DNA from: Gemmatimonadota bacterium
Lineage (GTDB): Bacteria > Gemmatimonadota > Gemmatimonadetes > Gemmatimonadales > GWC2-71-9
DNA length: 64,000 bases
Direction of reading: 5' to 3'
Assembly: GCA_003222205.1 (NCBI GenBank)
Contig: QHVC01000045.1
Coordinates: 12,499 to 76,498 of the forward strand
This document shows, one piece after another, positions 54,554 through 63,693 of the stretch (the stretch's first letter is position 1; the number at the start of each line of letters is the position of its first letter). The notes beneath the pieces are model-generated. The model was not told where the DNA came from and ran no database searches. It saw nothing but the letters and a program-made list of their open reading frames with translations. A program made the translations under genes and the position numbers.

Positions 54554-56062
54554 GTGCCGTACACCAGCGAAATCGAGAAACTCGAGCACCGCTACAACGA
54601 GAATCCGAAGGGGCGCAACTTCGCCCCGCTGGCGGACGCCTATCGCAAGGCCGGCCAAGTCGACCTCGCTATCGACTTGTGCCGCAAGGGGTTGGAGCTT
54701 CACCCCGACTACATCAGCGCCTATATCGTGTACGGCCGCTGCCTCATCGATAAGAAAGACGACCCCGCCGCCGAAACGGTGTTCCGCAAGGTCCTGGGGC
54801 TCGATCCCGAGAATGTGCTGGCGTTGAAGATCCTCGCCGACGTTGCCGACCGCACGCATCGACTCGACCTGGCGGTCGACTGGCTCGGCAAGCTGCTCGC
54901 CGTCGACCCGATGAACGGGGACGCCGCGGAGGCGCTGGCCCGTGCCAAGGGCAAGGCGGCTGCGCTGGCGGCGAAGCCCACGGTGGCGATGGCCGCCACG
55001 GCGCCCGAGCCGGCCCTCGTAGATCTCGAGCCCACCTCGATGGCCGGGGCGCCGACGAAGGCGATGCGCAAGGCGCAGTTCGAGGTCGAGCGGTTCGACG
55101 GCTCGGTGAACGTCAACCCGGATGCCCACGCGGCCGCGAAGGCCGATGGGCTGGAGGTCGCGGAAGACGTCGAGCTCAAAGTGGAGCCGGCGGCGCTCGA
55201 AGGCCTCGCCCGCACGCAGTATGAGGGATCTGGGATGTTCAAGGTCGACGAGTCCGCCGAGGAGGAGATGCCTCAGGTGGATCTGCCGCTGATCATGCCG
55301 GAGGATGTCGAACCGCCGCCGCGTCCGAAACCGCCGCCGCCGCCGCCCCCACCGCCGGTCGCGCAAGCGCCCCCGCCGCGGGCGGCGCCACCGCCTCCGG
55401 CCGCCGTCGCCCTTGCGGACGACGAAGGAGCCGCGGACGTCGCGGCGCTGTCCCGGGTGGAACCGGTGGTGACCGAGACGATGGCGGAGCTGTATCTCAA
55501 GCAAGGCCATCGCGAGGACGCGCTGCGTGTGTACCAGAGTCTGGCGGCGATGCGGCCATCGGATGCGCGACTCGCGTCACGGGTCGCCGAGCTGTCGCGG
55601 CCGGCGTCGGCGCGCAAGTCGGGCGGGCAATCGGTGGGCGCGTTCCTGAAGAGTATTCTGGCGGGAAAGCCGCGGCCCGCTGCGGCGCCCATGGGAACGA
55701 CCCTGGAACAGGCCTTCGCCGCCGACGATGCCGACGCTGCGGCCGAGCCTCCCGGCCCGGGGGCCCCTTCGCGCCCGGCCGAAGACGACATCTCGCTCGA
55801 TTCGGTGTTTGGCGAGCAGCCCCGGGATTCGGCACTGGCCCCCCCGGCTGCGCCGTCCCCAGCCCTGGCCGAGCCGGCTCCGCAGGCGACGGGCGGGTTC
55901 TCCTTCGACCAGTTTTTCGCCGCGCCGGGAAAGGGAGCGGAGGGCACGGCTCCCGCGGCTCCGCCGCCGGCGCGGTCTTCGGGACGCCACTCGCGTCCCG
56001 CGCCCGAGGAGGAGCGGGAACTGGATCAGTTCCAGTCCTGGCTGAAGGGCCTCAAGTCCTAG
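54554..56062 (+). CDS. TPR protein with poly-proline linker
   Basis: N-terminal TPRs (FAPLADAYRKAGQVDLAIDLCRKGLELHPDYISAYIVYGRCL...), a linker including PPPRPKPPPPPPPPPVAQAPPP, and a late helical motif TMAELYLKQGHREDALRVYQSL. GTG start. Confidence 0.75.
   Translation: MPYTSEIEKLEHRYNENPKGRNFAPLADAYRKAGQVDLAIDLCRKGLELHPDYISAYIVYGRCLIDKKDDPAAETVFRKVLGLDPENVLALKILADVADRTHRLDLAVDWLGKLLAVDPMNGDAAEALARAKGKAAALAAKPTVAMAATAPEPALVDLEPTSMAGAPTKAMRKAQFEVERFDGSVNVNPDAHAAAKADGLEVAEDVELKVEPAALEGLARTQYEGSGMFKVDESAEEEMPQVDLPLIMPEDVEPPPRPKPPPPPPPPPVAQAPPPRAAPPPPAAVALADDEGAADVAALSRVEPVVTETMAELYLKQGHREDALRVYQSLAAMRPSDARLASRVAELSRPASARKSGGQSVGAFLKSILAGKPRPAAAPMGTTLEQAFAADDADAAAEPPGPGAPSRPAEDDISLDSVFGEQPRDSALAPPAAPSPALAEPAPQATGGFSFDQFFAAPGKGAEGTAPAAPPPARSSGRHSRPAPEEERELDQFQSWLKGLKS
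55313..55410 (+). repeat. CCG-rich simple-sequence tract encoding poly-proline
   Basis: Run of CCG/CCC/GCC codons (ccgccgccgcgtccgaaaccgccgccgccgccgcccccaccgccg...), read directly from the sequence. Confidence 0.6.
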
Positions 56063-56508
56063 TGCGGATTTCCGTTCTCAACGGGCCGAACCTCAACCTG
56101 CTCGGCGACCGCGAGCCAGAGGTGTACGGCCGGGTTTCGCTGGCCGAGGTCGAGGCCGCGACCCGGGAGCGTGCCCGGGCGCTCGGCGTCGAGTGCGCAT
56201 GGACGCAAACCAACCATGAAGGGGAGCTGGTCGAAGCGATCCAGGGACTCCGCCAGAGCACCGACGGCGCGCTGATCAACGCGGCCGCGTTTACGCACAC
56301 CAGTCTCGCTGTCCGGGACGCCGTGTTGGCGGTGCGGGTGCCGTTCGTCGAAGTGCATCTCTCGAACATCTTCGCGCGCGAGCCGGAGCGGCGCCGGTCG
56401 CTGCTCGCGGATGTCGCGGTGGGCGTGGTGGCGGGCTTCGGTGCGGACAGTTACCGGCTGGGCCTCGAGGGCCTGGTCGCGTATCTAGCGTCCCGCCGTG
56501 GCCGCTGA
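56062..56508 (+). CDS. aroQ: type II 3-dehydroquinate dehydratase
   Basis: ISVLNGPNLNLLG.REP..YG, QTNHEGELVE.IQ, INAAAFTHTS.A.RDA, EVHLSNI..RE..R. Confidence 0.95.
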   Translation: MRISVLNGPNLNLLGDREPEVYGRVSLAEVEAATRERARALGVECAWTQTNHEGELVEAIQGLRQSTDGALINAAAFTHTSLAVRDAVLAVRVPFVEVHLSNIFAREPERRRSLLADVAVGVVAGFGADSYRLGLEGLVAYLASRRGR

Positions 56509-57592
56509 CCACCGGCGCGCGCGGCAGGAGGCGCTGCTCGGCGCGCTCGCGGCGGACGGCCTCGAGGCCCTGCTGGTCACGTCGCTGTCCAACATCCGCT
56601 ACCTGACGGGGTTCAGCGGATCGGCGGCGCTGGTGGTGGTGGCGCGAGCGGGCGCGGTGCTCGTGACGGACTTCCGCTACGAGGAGCAGGCGGCGGCCGA
56701 GGCGGGCGCCGTGGCGCGTGTCGTCGTCGAGCGCACGAGCGTGTGGGACCGGCTCTTCAAAGAGTTGGGGGCGCTGGGGCGGCTCGAGACGGTGGGCTAC
56801 GAGTCCCACGCGCTGACGGTGAAAGAGGCGGAGCGGCTCACGGCCGCGGGCAAAGCGTGGCGGTGGAAGCCCGCGGGAGAGCCGGTCGAGCGACTGCGGG
56901 CGCGCAAGGACCCCGACGAAGTGGCGGCGATTCGGGCGGCGGCTCAGATCGCCGGCGCCGCCCTCCGGGAGACGCTGGCGGCGGTGCGCCCCGGGATGAC
57001 GGAGCAGACCATCGCCGGGCTGCTGGAGGGAGCGTTGCGCCGGCTGGGGAGCGAAGGCCATCCGTTCCCGACGATCGTCGCGTCGGGCCCGCGTTCGGCG
57101 CTCCCCCACGCGCGTACCAGCGCGCGCGCGGTGGCGGCCGGGGAGTGGCTGCTGCTAGACTTCGGCGCTCAAGTGGACGGCTATTGCGCGGACATCACGC
57201 GCACGGTGGTCGTCGGTGCCCGAGCGACGGCGGTACAGCGCGCGTTGTACGAGGTGGTGGAGACCGCCCAGCGGCGGGCGCGCGCCGGGGTGCGGGCAGG
57301 GATGACCGGGCGCGACGCCGACGCGCTCGCGCGGGACGTGATTGAGGCGCGCGGCTTCGGCGACGCGTTCGGCCATTCGTTGGGGCACGGACTCGGGCTC
57401 GAGGTGCATGAGACGCCGCGCCTCGCCCGCCCCAACCTGGATCCGTTGCCGGCCGACGCCGTCGTCACGATCGAGCCGGGCGTCTATCTGACGGGGCAGG
57501 GCGGCGTGCGCATCGAAGACGACGTCCACCTCGCGGCGGACGGCCCCGTGCTGCTGTCGGATGGGGACAGCGCGCTGGTCGAACTGACGTGA
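56498..57592 (+). CDS. M24-family Xaa-Pro aminopeptidase/dipeptidase
   Basis: N-terminal creatinase-like domain ([11 protein letters not shown]) and pita-bread metal ligands (DFG...[28 protein letters not shown]....GGVRIED). Typical aroQ-adjacent gene. Confidence 0.88.
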   Translation: MAADHRRARQEALLGALAADGLEALLVTSLSNIRYLTGFSGSAALVVVARAGAVLVTDFRYEEQAAAEAGAVARVVVERTSVWDRLFKELGALGRLETVGYESHALTVKEAERLTAAGKAWRWKPAGEPVERLRARKDPDEVAAIRAAAQIAGAALRETLAAVRPGMTEQTIAGLLEGALRRLGSEGHPFPTIVASGPRSALPHARTSARAVAAGEWLLLDFGAQVDGYCADITRTVVVGARATAVQRALYEVVETAQRRARAGVRAGMTGRDADALARDVIEARGFGDAFGHSLGHGLGLEVHETPRLARPNLDPLPADAVVTIEPGVYLTGQGGVRIEDDVHLAADGPVLLSDGDSALVELT

Positions 57593-57600
57593 GCCCGATA

Positions 57601-57630
57601 TTGACGGACTGCCGGGCCGGGTTGTCTATT
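57601..57630 (+). promoter_or_regulatory. weak candidate promoter for accB-pilT-accC-comB-ftsK
   Basis: TTGACG (57601-57606), an 18-nt spacer, then TCTATT (57625-57630), in the 64-nt gap before accB. Confidence 0.3.
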
Positions 57631-57656
57631 CTGTCATCACCGAGGGCCGCCCCGAG

Positions 57657-58154
57657 ATGAAGCTCGACATCATCGCGCAGCTCGTGCAGATCCTGAGGGA
57701 CGCCCCGGACGTCGGGGCGATCGAGATCCGCCGCGGGCCGTTCGGCGTGTGGTCCACCGTCCGGGTTTCCCGGGCGGGGCATGGCGTCAACACCGGCGCG
57801 GCGCACGTCGTGGTCGCGCATCCGGCTTCGGGGCCCGGCGGGCCTGGAGGAGGGGGGGCGGCGCTGGCCGCGGCCGCGCCGGCCGGCGTGCCCGTTGCGT
57901 CGGGGCCGTCGCTGCTCGAGATCAAGTCGCCGATGGTCGGTACGTACTACCGGTCGCCGGAGCCTGGCGCCGAGCCGTACGTGAAGCCGGGAAGCCGGGT
58001 GGCGCCCGGCCAGGTCGTGTGCATCATCGAAGCGATGAAAATCATGAACGAGATCGAATCCGATGTGGCCGGCGTGATCCGGGAGTCGCTCGTCGAGAAC
58101 GGCCAGCCCGTCGAGTTCGGCCAGGTCCTGTACCGGGTAGATCCCCATGCCTGA
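57657..58154 (+). CDS. accB: acetyl-CoA carboxylase biotin carboxyl carrier protein
   Basis: C-terminal biotinyl domain I.SPMVGT.Y..P......[21 protein letters not shown]. Confidence 0.9.
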   Translation: MKLDIIAQLVQILRDAPDVGAIEIRRGPFGVWSTVRVSRAGHGVNTGAAHVVVAHPASGPGGPGGGGAALAAAAPAGVPVASGPSLLEIKSPMVGTYYRSPEPGAEPYVKPGSRVAPGQVVCIIEAMKIMNEIESDVAGVIRESLVENGQPVEFGQVLYRVDPHA

Positions 58155-59301
58155 CGCCCCGGGCCCCGCCGGGCCGACCTTCAACTTCAAGAACGCCATC
58201 ACCCACATGGTGCAGCGCGGCGGGTCGGACTTGCTGCTCAAAGTCGGCCGACCGGCCACCATCCGGGTGAACGGTGATCTCGTGGGACTCGAGTCGGCGC
58301 CCCTGAAGCCCGAAGAGCTGAAGTCGCTCGCTGAGCAGATCATGACCCCCCGCCAGGTCAAGGAGTTCGCCGAGCACAAGGAGGCGGACTTCGCGATCGG
58401 CGTGCCGGGCGTGGGGCGGTTCCGCACGAACGTCTACCAGCAACGCGGCACGGTGGCGTTCGCGTTCCGGGCGATCCCGTACGAGGTGAAAACGATCAAG
58501 GACTTGAACCTGCCGCCGGTGATGGAGGAGATCGCGCTGCGGCCCCGCGGGCTGGTGCTGGTGACGGGCGTGACGGGCTCGGGAAAGTCCACGGCGCTTG
58601 CGGCGATGATCAACCAGATCAACACCAACCGACGCGTCAACGTCATCACGATCGAAGACCCGATCGAGTTCCTGCACCGCGACAACCTCTCGAACATCTC
58701 CCAGCGCGAAGTCGGCAACGACACCCTCTCGTTCCACTCCGCGCTGCGCCACGTGCTGCGGCAGGATCCCGACGTCATCCTGATCGGCGAGATCCGCGAC
58801 ATGGAGACGCTGGACACCGCCCTCAAGGCGGCGGACACCGGGCACTTGGTCTTCTCCACGCTGCACACCACCGACTGCACGCAGACGGTGAGCCGCGTGA
58901 TCTCGTTTTTCCCGCCGCACCAGCACGACGAGATCCGGCACCTGCTCTCGACCGCGCTCCAGGCGGTGATCTCGCTGCGCCTGGTGCCGCGCAAGGACGG
59001 CCGCGGCCGCACGCCGGCGTGCGAGGTGCTGATCAACACGGCGGCGGTCGCTGACAACATCCGCGACCTCTCCAAGCAGCTCAACATCCCGGACCTGATC
59101 GCCGAGGGCTCGCTCCAGTACGGGATGCAGTCCTTCGACCAATCGTTGTTCGACTGGTACAAGCGCGGCGTGATCAGCTACGAGAGCGCCATCTTCTACG
59201 CCACCAACCCGAGCGAATTCGCGCTCAAGGTGTCGGGGGTCGACGCGGCGGGCAGCAGGCTGGGCGGTGCCGGCGCCGGCACCATCGAGCTCACCCCCTG
59301 A
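58147..59301 (+). CDS. pilT: type IV pilus retraction ATPase PilT family
   Basis: [10 protein letters not shown]...R..G.L, RFR.NVYQQRG, Walker [18 protein letters not shown], Walker [13 protein letters not shown], His box [11 protein letters not shown]. Confidence 0.88.
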   Translation: MPDAPGPAGPTFNFKNAITHMVQRGGSDLLLKVGRPATIRVNGDLVGLESAPLKPEELKSLAEQIMTPRQVKEFAEHKEADFAIGVPGVGRFRTNVYQQRGTVAFAFRAIPYEVKTIKDLNLPPVMEEIALRPRGLVLVTGVTGSGKSTALAAMINQINTNRRVNVITIEDPIEFLHRDNLSNISQREVGNDTLSFHSALRHVLRQDPDVILIGEIRDMETLDTALKAADTGHLVFSTLHTTDCTQTVSRVISFFPPHQHDEIRHLLSTALQAVISLRLVPRKDGRGRTPACEVLINTAAVADNIRDLSKQLNIPDLIAEGSLQYGMQSFDQSLFDWYKRGVISYESAIFYATNPSEFALKVSGVDAAGSRLGGAGAGTIELTP

Positions 59302-60659
59302 TGTTCACGAAGGTACTGGTCGCGAACCGCGGGGAGATCGCCCTGCGGGTCATCCGGGCGTGCAAAGAGCTCGGGCTCGAGACGGTGGCGGTGTACTCGG
59401 AAGCGGACCGCGAGTGCCTGCACGTGCGCTTCGCCGACGACGACGTCTGCATCGGCCGGCCGCCGGGCCGCGACAGCTACCTCAACATCCCCCGCATCAT
59501 CGCCGCGGCGGAGATCACCGGCGCCGACGCCATCCATCCCGGGTACGGCTTTCTCGCCGAGAACGCGGAGTTCGCCGAGATCGTCGGCGCGTCCAACATC
59601 ACCTTCATCGGTCCCACGCCGCAGCAGATCCGCCAGATGGGCGACAAAGCCGCCGCCCGCAAGATCGCCCAGAAGCTCAAGGTCCCCACGGTCCCGGGTT
59701 CGCCGGGGCCGGTCGAGAACCTCGAAGAGGCGCTGAAGACCGCCGAGAAGATCGGCTTCCCGGTGATCATCAAGGCCGCCGCGGGCGGGGGCGGCAAGGG
59801 GATGCGCGTCGCGACCGACCCGGAGATGTTCGGCCAGGCGTTCAACCTCGCCCGCCAGGAAGCGCTGGCGGCCTTCGGCTCGGATCAGGTCTACATCGAG
59901 AAGTACCTCGCGCGCCCGCGGCACATCGAGATCCAGATCATGGGCGACACGCACGGCAAGGTGATGCACCTGTGCGAGCGGGATTGCTCGGTGCAGCGCC
60001 GCCACCAGAAGCTCATCGAAGAGGCCCCGAGCCCCGCGGTGGACCAGACGCTGCGCGAGGACATCGGGGAAGCCGCCGTCAAGCTCGCCGCGGAGATCGG
60101 GTACGTGGGCGCCGGGACGATCGAGTTCCTGCTCGACACGGACGGGTCGTTCTACTTCATGGAGATGAACACCCGGATCCAGGTGGAGCACCCCGTCACG
60201 GAGATGTGCACCAACTTCGATCTCGTCAAAGAGCAGATCCGCGTGGCCGCCGGCGAGCCGCTGTCCTTCGTGATGAACGGGCACCGGCTGCGCGGCCACG
60301 CCATCGAGTGCCGGGTGAACGCCGAAGACCCGGCCCGCAACTTCCAGCCCTCACCGGGGCTGATCACCGCGTACCACCCGCCGGGCGGACCGGGGGTGCG
60401 CGTGGACACGCACATCTACGCCGGCTACACCGTGCCCCCGTACTACGACTCCCTCCTCGCCAAGGTCATCGTGCACGGCAACCACCGCCAGGAAGCCCTC
60501 GCCCGCATGCGCCAGGCGCTGGACTCATTTATCATAGAAGGCGTGACGACGACCATTCCATTTCTGGGCCGGGTGCTGCGCCACCCCGACTTCCTGGCCG
60601 GCACCGTGGATACGAAGTTCCTCGAGCGCGAGCCGCAGCTCCTCAAAGAGCCATCATGA
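59301..60659 (+). CDS. accC: acetyl-CoA carboxylase biotin carboxylase subunit
   Basis: [53 protein letters not shown]. The ATG shares 1 nt with the pilT TGA. Confidence 0.97.
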   Translation: MFTKVLVANRGEIALRVIRACKELGLETVAVYSEADRECLHVRFADDDVCIGRPPGRDSYLNIPRIIAAAEITGADAIHPGYGFLAENAEFAEIVGASNITFIGPTPQQIRQMGDKAAARKIAQKLKVPTVPGSPGPVENLEEALKTAEKIGFPVIIKAAAGGGGKGMRVATDPEMFGQAFNLARQEALAAFGSDQVYIEKYLARPRHIEIQIMGDTHGKVMHLCERDCSVQRRHQKLIEEAPSPAVDQTLREDIGEAAVKLAAEIGYVGAGTIEFLLDTDGSFYFMEMNTRIQVEHPVTEMCTNFDLVKEQIRVAAGEPLSFVMNGHRLRGHAIECRVNAEDPARNFQPSPGLITAYHPPGGPGVRVDTHIYAGYTVPPYYDSLLAKVIVHGNHRQEALARMRQALDSFIIEGVTTTIPFLGRVLRHPDFLAGTVDTKFLEREPQLLKEPS

Positions 60660-61378
60660 AGATCGACGTCTTCTTCACTCCACTCGGCCTGAACGCGGGA
60701 GACCTGAGCGGCCGGGGGGTGATCGTCGTCGACGTGCTGCGCACCACGACCAGCATCGTCACCGCCCTCGCGAACGGGGCGAAGGCCGTGGTGCCCGCTG
60801 CCACCTCGGAGGAGGCGGTGCGCCTCACGGCGAACCTGGAGAAGAACGGCTACGTCCTCGCGGGCGAGCGCAAGAGCCTCAAGATCGAAGGGTTCGCCCT
60901 CGGCAATTCGCCGCGCGAGATGACGCCGGAGGCGGTCGGCGGCAAGACCATCTACTTCTCCACGACGAACGGCACCCCGGCCCTGGTCGCGGCCCAGGGC
61001 GGCGACCCAGTGCTCGTGGCCGCCGCCGTCAACTTCAGCGCCATCGCCGGGCGGGCCCGGACCCTGTTCGACGAGCGCGGGGACCTCGTGGTCGTGTGCG
61101 CGGGGCGCGAGAAGCAGTTCGCCCTCGAGGACGCCTACGTCGCCGGGCGGTTGGTCAAGGCGGTGCGCAAGGGCCGGCGCAAGATCGCCCTCAACGACGC
61201 GGCCACGGTGGCGCTCGATCTGACGGCGCGTTACGCCGGCTGGGCCGCCGCGCTCGAAGCCTCAGAGGCGGCGCGGGAGCTGCGCGACGTGACTCTGGGG
61301 GAGGACGTCGCGTTCAGCGCCAAGGCGGACCGCTTCACGGTCGTCCCCTCCTTCGTGGACCGCCGCATCGTCGCATGA
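60656..61378 (+). CDS. comB: 2-phosphosulfolactate phosphatase family protein (ComB-like)
   Basis: [23 protein letters not shown]....I.GF.LGNSP, STTNGT, AGRE..FALED...AG are ComB-family motifs as I recall them. ATGA overlaps at both ends. Confidence 0.75.
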   Translation: MKIDVFFTPLGLNAGDLSGRGVIVVDVLRTTTSIVTALANGAKAVVPAATSEEAVRLTANLEKNGYVLAGERKSLKIEGFALGNSPREMTPEAVGGKTIYFSTTNGTPALVAAQGGDPVLVAAAVNFSAIAGRARTLFDERGDLVVVCAGREKQFALEDAYVAGRLVKAVRKGRRKIALNDAATVALDLTARYAGWAAALEASEAARELRDVTLGEDVAFSAKADRFTVVPSFVDRRIVA

Positions 61379-63552
61379 CGCGCAAGGCGCGGCAGGAGCT
61401 CATCGGGATCGGGGCGCTGGTGGGAGGCCTCTTTCTCGGGCTCACGCTGCTGCCCTGGCACATCACCGGCGACTGGGGCGAGCGCCTGGGCCGGCTGTTG
61501 TGGCACAGCGTCGGCGCCGGGGCGGTGCTGATCCCCTTTCTGGGGGTCGGCTGGGCGCTGGCGGCCTTCGATCGCCTGGGCACCCTGTCGTGGCTGCGCG
61601 CCGCCGCCCTGGGCGCGGGACTGATGCTGTTGCTGCCGTACACGATCGGCGTGGTGGGCCGGGTGGAGATGCGGTTCCTGCCCGCCGACTACGGCCTGTG
61701 GACGACCTCCCAGAAACTGATCGGGCGACTCCCGGCGTGGGCTGGTGCGGGCGTGGTGAGCGCCCTCGGCACGGCGGGGGGCGTGCTCATCGGGTTGTTC
61801 GCCCTGTCGGCGCTGGGGATCCTGACGATCGGGTGGCATCCGCTCGTCGCGCTGAGAACCCGGGAGGCGGGACCGGCGAAGCGGGATGGGGGATGGGGGA
61901 TGGGGGAGGCGGTGAAGACTGTGGTAACGAAGGTGGCGACGCCCAAGAGGCCCAAGCCTGTCACCCCCCCTTCCCCATCCCGCCTCCCCCGTCCCACCCC
62001 AGCGGGCGCGTTAATCCCCCCCATCGACCTCTTGAACGAAGCATCCCGAGACGAGGTGGACGTCGGCGTGGCGCAGATCGACGAGATGGGGGAGCGGCTG
62101 GTGCAGACGCTGGAGACATTCCGCGTCAGCGCCCAGATCGTGGACCGCACCGTGGGCCCCGTCGTCACGCGCTTCGAGCTCAAGCCCGGCCCGGGCATCA
62201 AGGTCGGGCGCATCGCCGCGCTCGCCGACGATCTGGCGCTGGCGATGCGGGCCCAGTCGCTGCGCATCGTCGCGCCGATTCCGGGCAAGGCGGCGGTGGG
62301 CATCGAGGTCCCCAACCCCCGGCCGCGCATGGTGCCGCTGCGCGAGCTGATCGAGTCGGAGCGGTTTCAACAGCCGGGCCGCACGCTGCCGGTGGCCATC
62401 GGCCGCAACCTCGAGGGCGGGGAAGTCGTCGACGACCTCGCGAAGATGCCGCACCTCTTGATCGCCGGCGCGACGGGGTCGGGGAAGTCGGTGTGCATCA
62501 ACGCGCTCATTACGAGCCTCGTCTACGCCCACCCGCCCGAGAAGCTCAAGTTCCTGATGATCGACCCCAAAATGGTCGAGCTCTCGATGTACGCCTCGCT
62601 GCCGCACCTGGGGCTGCCGGTGGTGACGAACCATCACAAAGCCGCCTCGGTCCTCAAGTGGGCCGTGAGCGAAATGGACCGGCGCTACAAGCTGCTGCAC
62701 GCCAACCACGCGCGGAACGTCGGCGACTTCAATAAGAAGGTCGAGGCCAAGAAGTCGCTCAAGGGACCGCGGGAGACCCTGGCAACGCAGGCCGGCGTGC
62801 AGCGGGAGTTGCCGTTCGACGCCGAGTACACCGAGGGGATCCTGCCGTACGTCGTCCTCGTCGTCGACGAGCTGGCGGACCTGATGCTGACCGTGCAGCA
62901 CGAGATCGAGACGCCGCTCGCGAGCCTCGCCCAGAAGGCGCGGGCGATCGGCATCCACCTGATCCTCGCCACGCAGCGTCCGTCGGTGAACGTCATCACC
63001 GGCCTCATCAAAGCCAATTTCTCCTGTCGCATCGCGTTCCGCGTGTCGGCCAAGGTGGACAGCCGCACCATCCTCGACCAGAACGGCGGCGAGGCGCTGC
63101 TCGGCACCGGCGACATGCTGTTCCTGCCGCCCGGCAAGAGCGAGCTGCAGCGCGTGCAGGGCGCCTTCATCGCGACCGACGAGACCGAGCGGCTGATGGA
63201 GTGGTACCGGAAGCACGCCTCGCGCGAAACGGTCGAGAAGACCCAGGCGCAGATCGAGACGCAGGTGGAGGCGCTGGAGGCCGCCGAGTCCCGCGAAGGC
63301 GCTGGCGAAGGGGGAGGCGAGCCCGGCGATCGCGACACGCTGTTCCGCCAGGCGGCGGAGATCTGCATCCAGAACCAGCTGGGCTCGACGTCGCTGTTGC
63401 AGCGGCGCATGAGCATCGGTTACGGCCGCGCGGCGCGGATCATCGACCAGCTCGAGCTGGCGGGGATCCTGGGACCGGCGAACGGCAGCAAGCCGCGGGA
63501 CGTGCTGGTGGGATTGGAGGACCTGGAAGAGATTTGCGGGAGGGAAATATAG
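61375..63552 (+). CDS. ftsK: DNA translocase FtsK/SpoIIIE
   Basis: Four or more N-terminal TM segments, a Pro-rich linker, a motor domain (PHLLIAGATGSGKSV, VVVVDELADLM, GIHLILATQRPSV..ITG.IKAN) and a gamma domain (LLQRRMSIGYGRAARIIDQLE). Confidence 0.95.
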   Translation: MTRKARQELIGIGALVGGLFLGLTLLPWHITGDWGERLGRLLWHSVGAGAVLIPFLGVGWALAAFDRLGTLSWLRAAALGAGLMLLLPYTIGVVGRVEMRFLPADYGLWTTSQKLIGRLPAWAGAGVVSALGTAGGVLIGLFALSALGILTIGWHPLVALRTREAGPAKRDGGWGMGEAVKTVVTKVATPKRPKPVTPPSPSRLPRPTPAGALIPPIDLLNEASRDEVDVGVAQIDEMGERLVQTLETFRVSAQIVDRTVGPVVTRFELKPGPGIKVGRIAALADDLALAMRAQSLRIVAPIPGKAAVGIEVPNPRPRMVPLRELIESERFQQPGRTLPVAIGRNLEGGEVVDDLAKMPHLLIAGATGSGKSVCINALITSLVYAHPPEKLKFLMIDPKMVELSMYASLPHLGLPVVTNHHKAASVLKWAVSEMDRRYKLLHANHARNVGDFNKKVEAKKSLKGPRETLATQAGVQRELPFDAEYTEGILPYVVLVVDELADLMLTVQHEIETPLASLAQKARAIGIHLILATQRPSVNVITGLIKANFSCRIAFRVSAKVDSRTILDQNGGEALLGTGDMLFLPPGKSELQRVQGAFIATDETERLMEWYRKHASRETVEKTQAQIETQVEALEAAESREGAGEGGGEPGDRDTLFRQAAEICIQNQLGSTSLLQRRMSIGYGRAARIIDQLELAGILGPANGSKPRDVLVGLEDLEEICGREI

Positions 63553-63553
63553 A

Positions 63554-63616
63554 GGTTCTCGGTTTACTGTTCATGGTTGTCGGTAACCGTAAACCAAGGA
63601 CCATCAACCGAGAACC
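63554..63616. repeat. nested inverted repeat in the locally A/T-richer ftsK-yraN spacer
   Basis: GGTTCTCGGTT (63554-63564) and its perfect complement AACCGAGAACC (63606-63616) enclose ATGGT (63573-63577)/ACCAT (63600-63604) and an imperfect palindrome GGTTGTCGGTAACCGTAAACC. Confidence 0.6.
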
Positions 63617-63693
63617 GTGCCACGCAGCGAAACAGGCGCACCATGCGCTCGTTTGGTTACCACCTCCAGCGGGCGGGCCGTAAGTTCGCAGGC

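Noticed and set aside
63573-63683. 36-codon ORF MVVGNRKPRTINREPCHAAKQAHHALVWLPPPAGGP in the ftsK-yraN spacer.
   Set aside because: Its third-codon positions are A/T-rich, unlike every confident gene here. It has no Shine-Dalgarno and no recognisable motif, and it coincides with the nested inverted repeats. It is more likely a structural or regulatory element than a protein.
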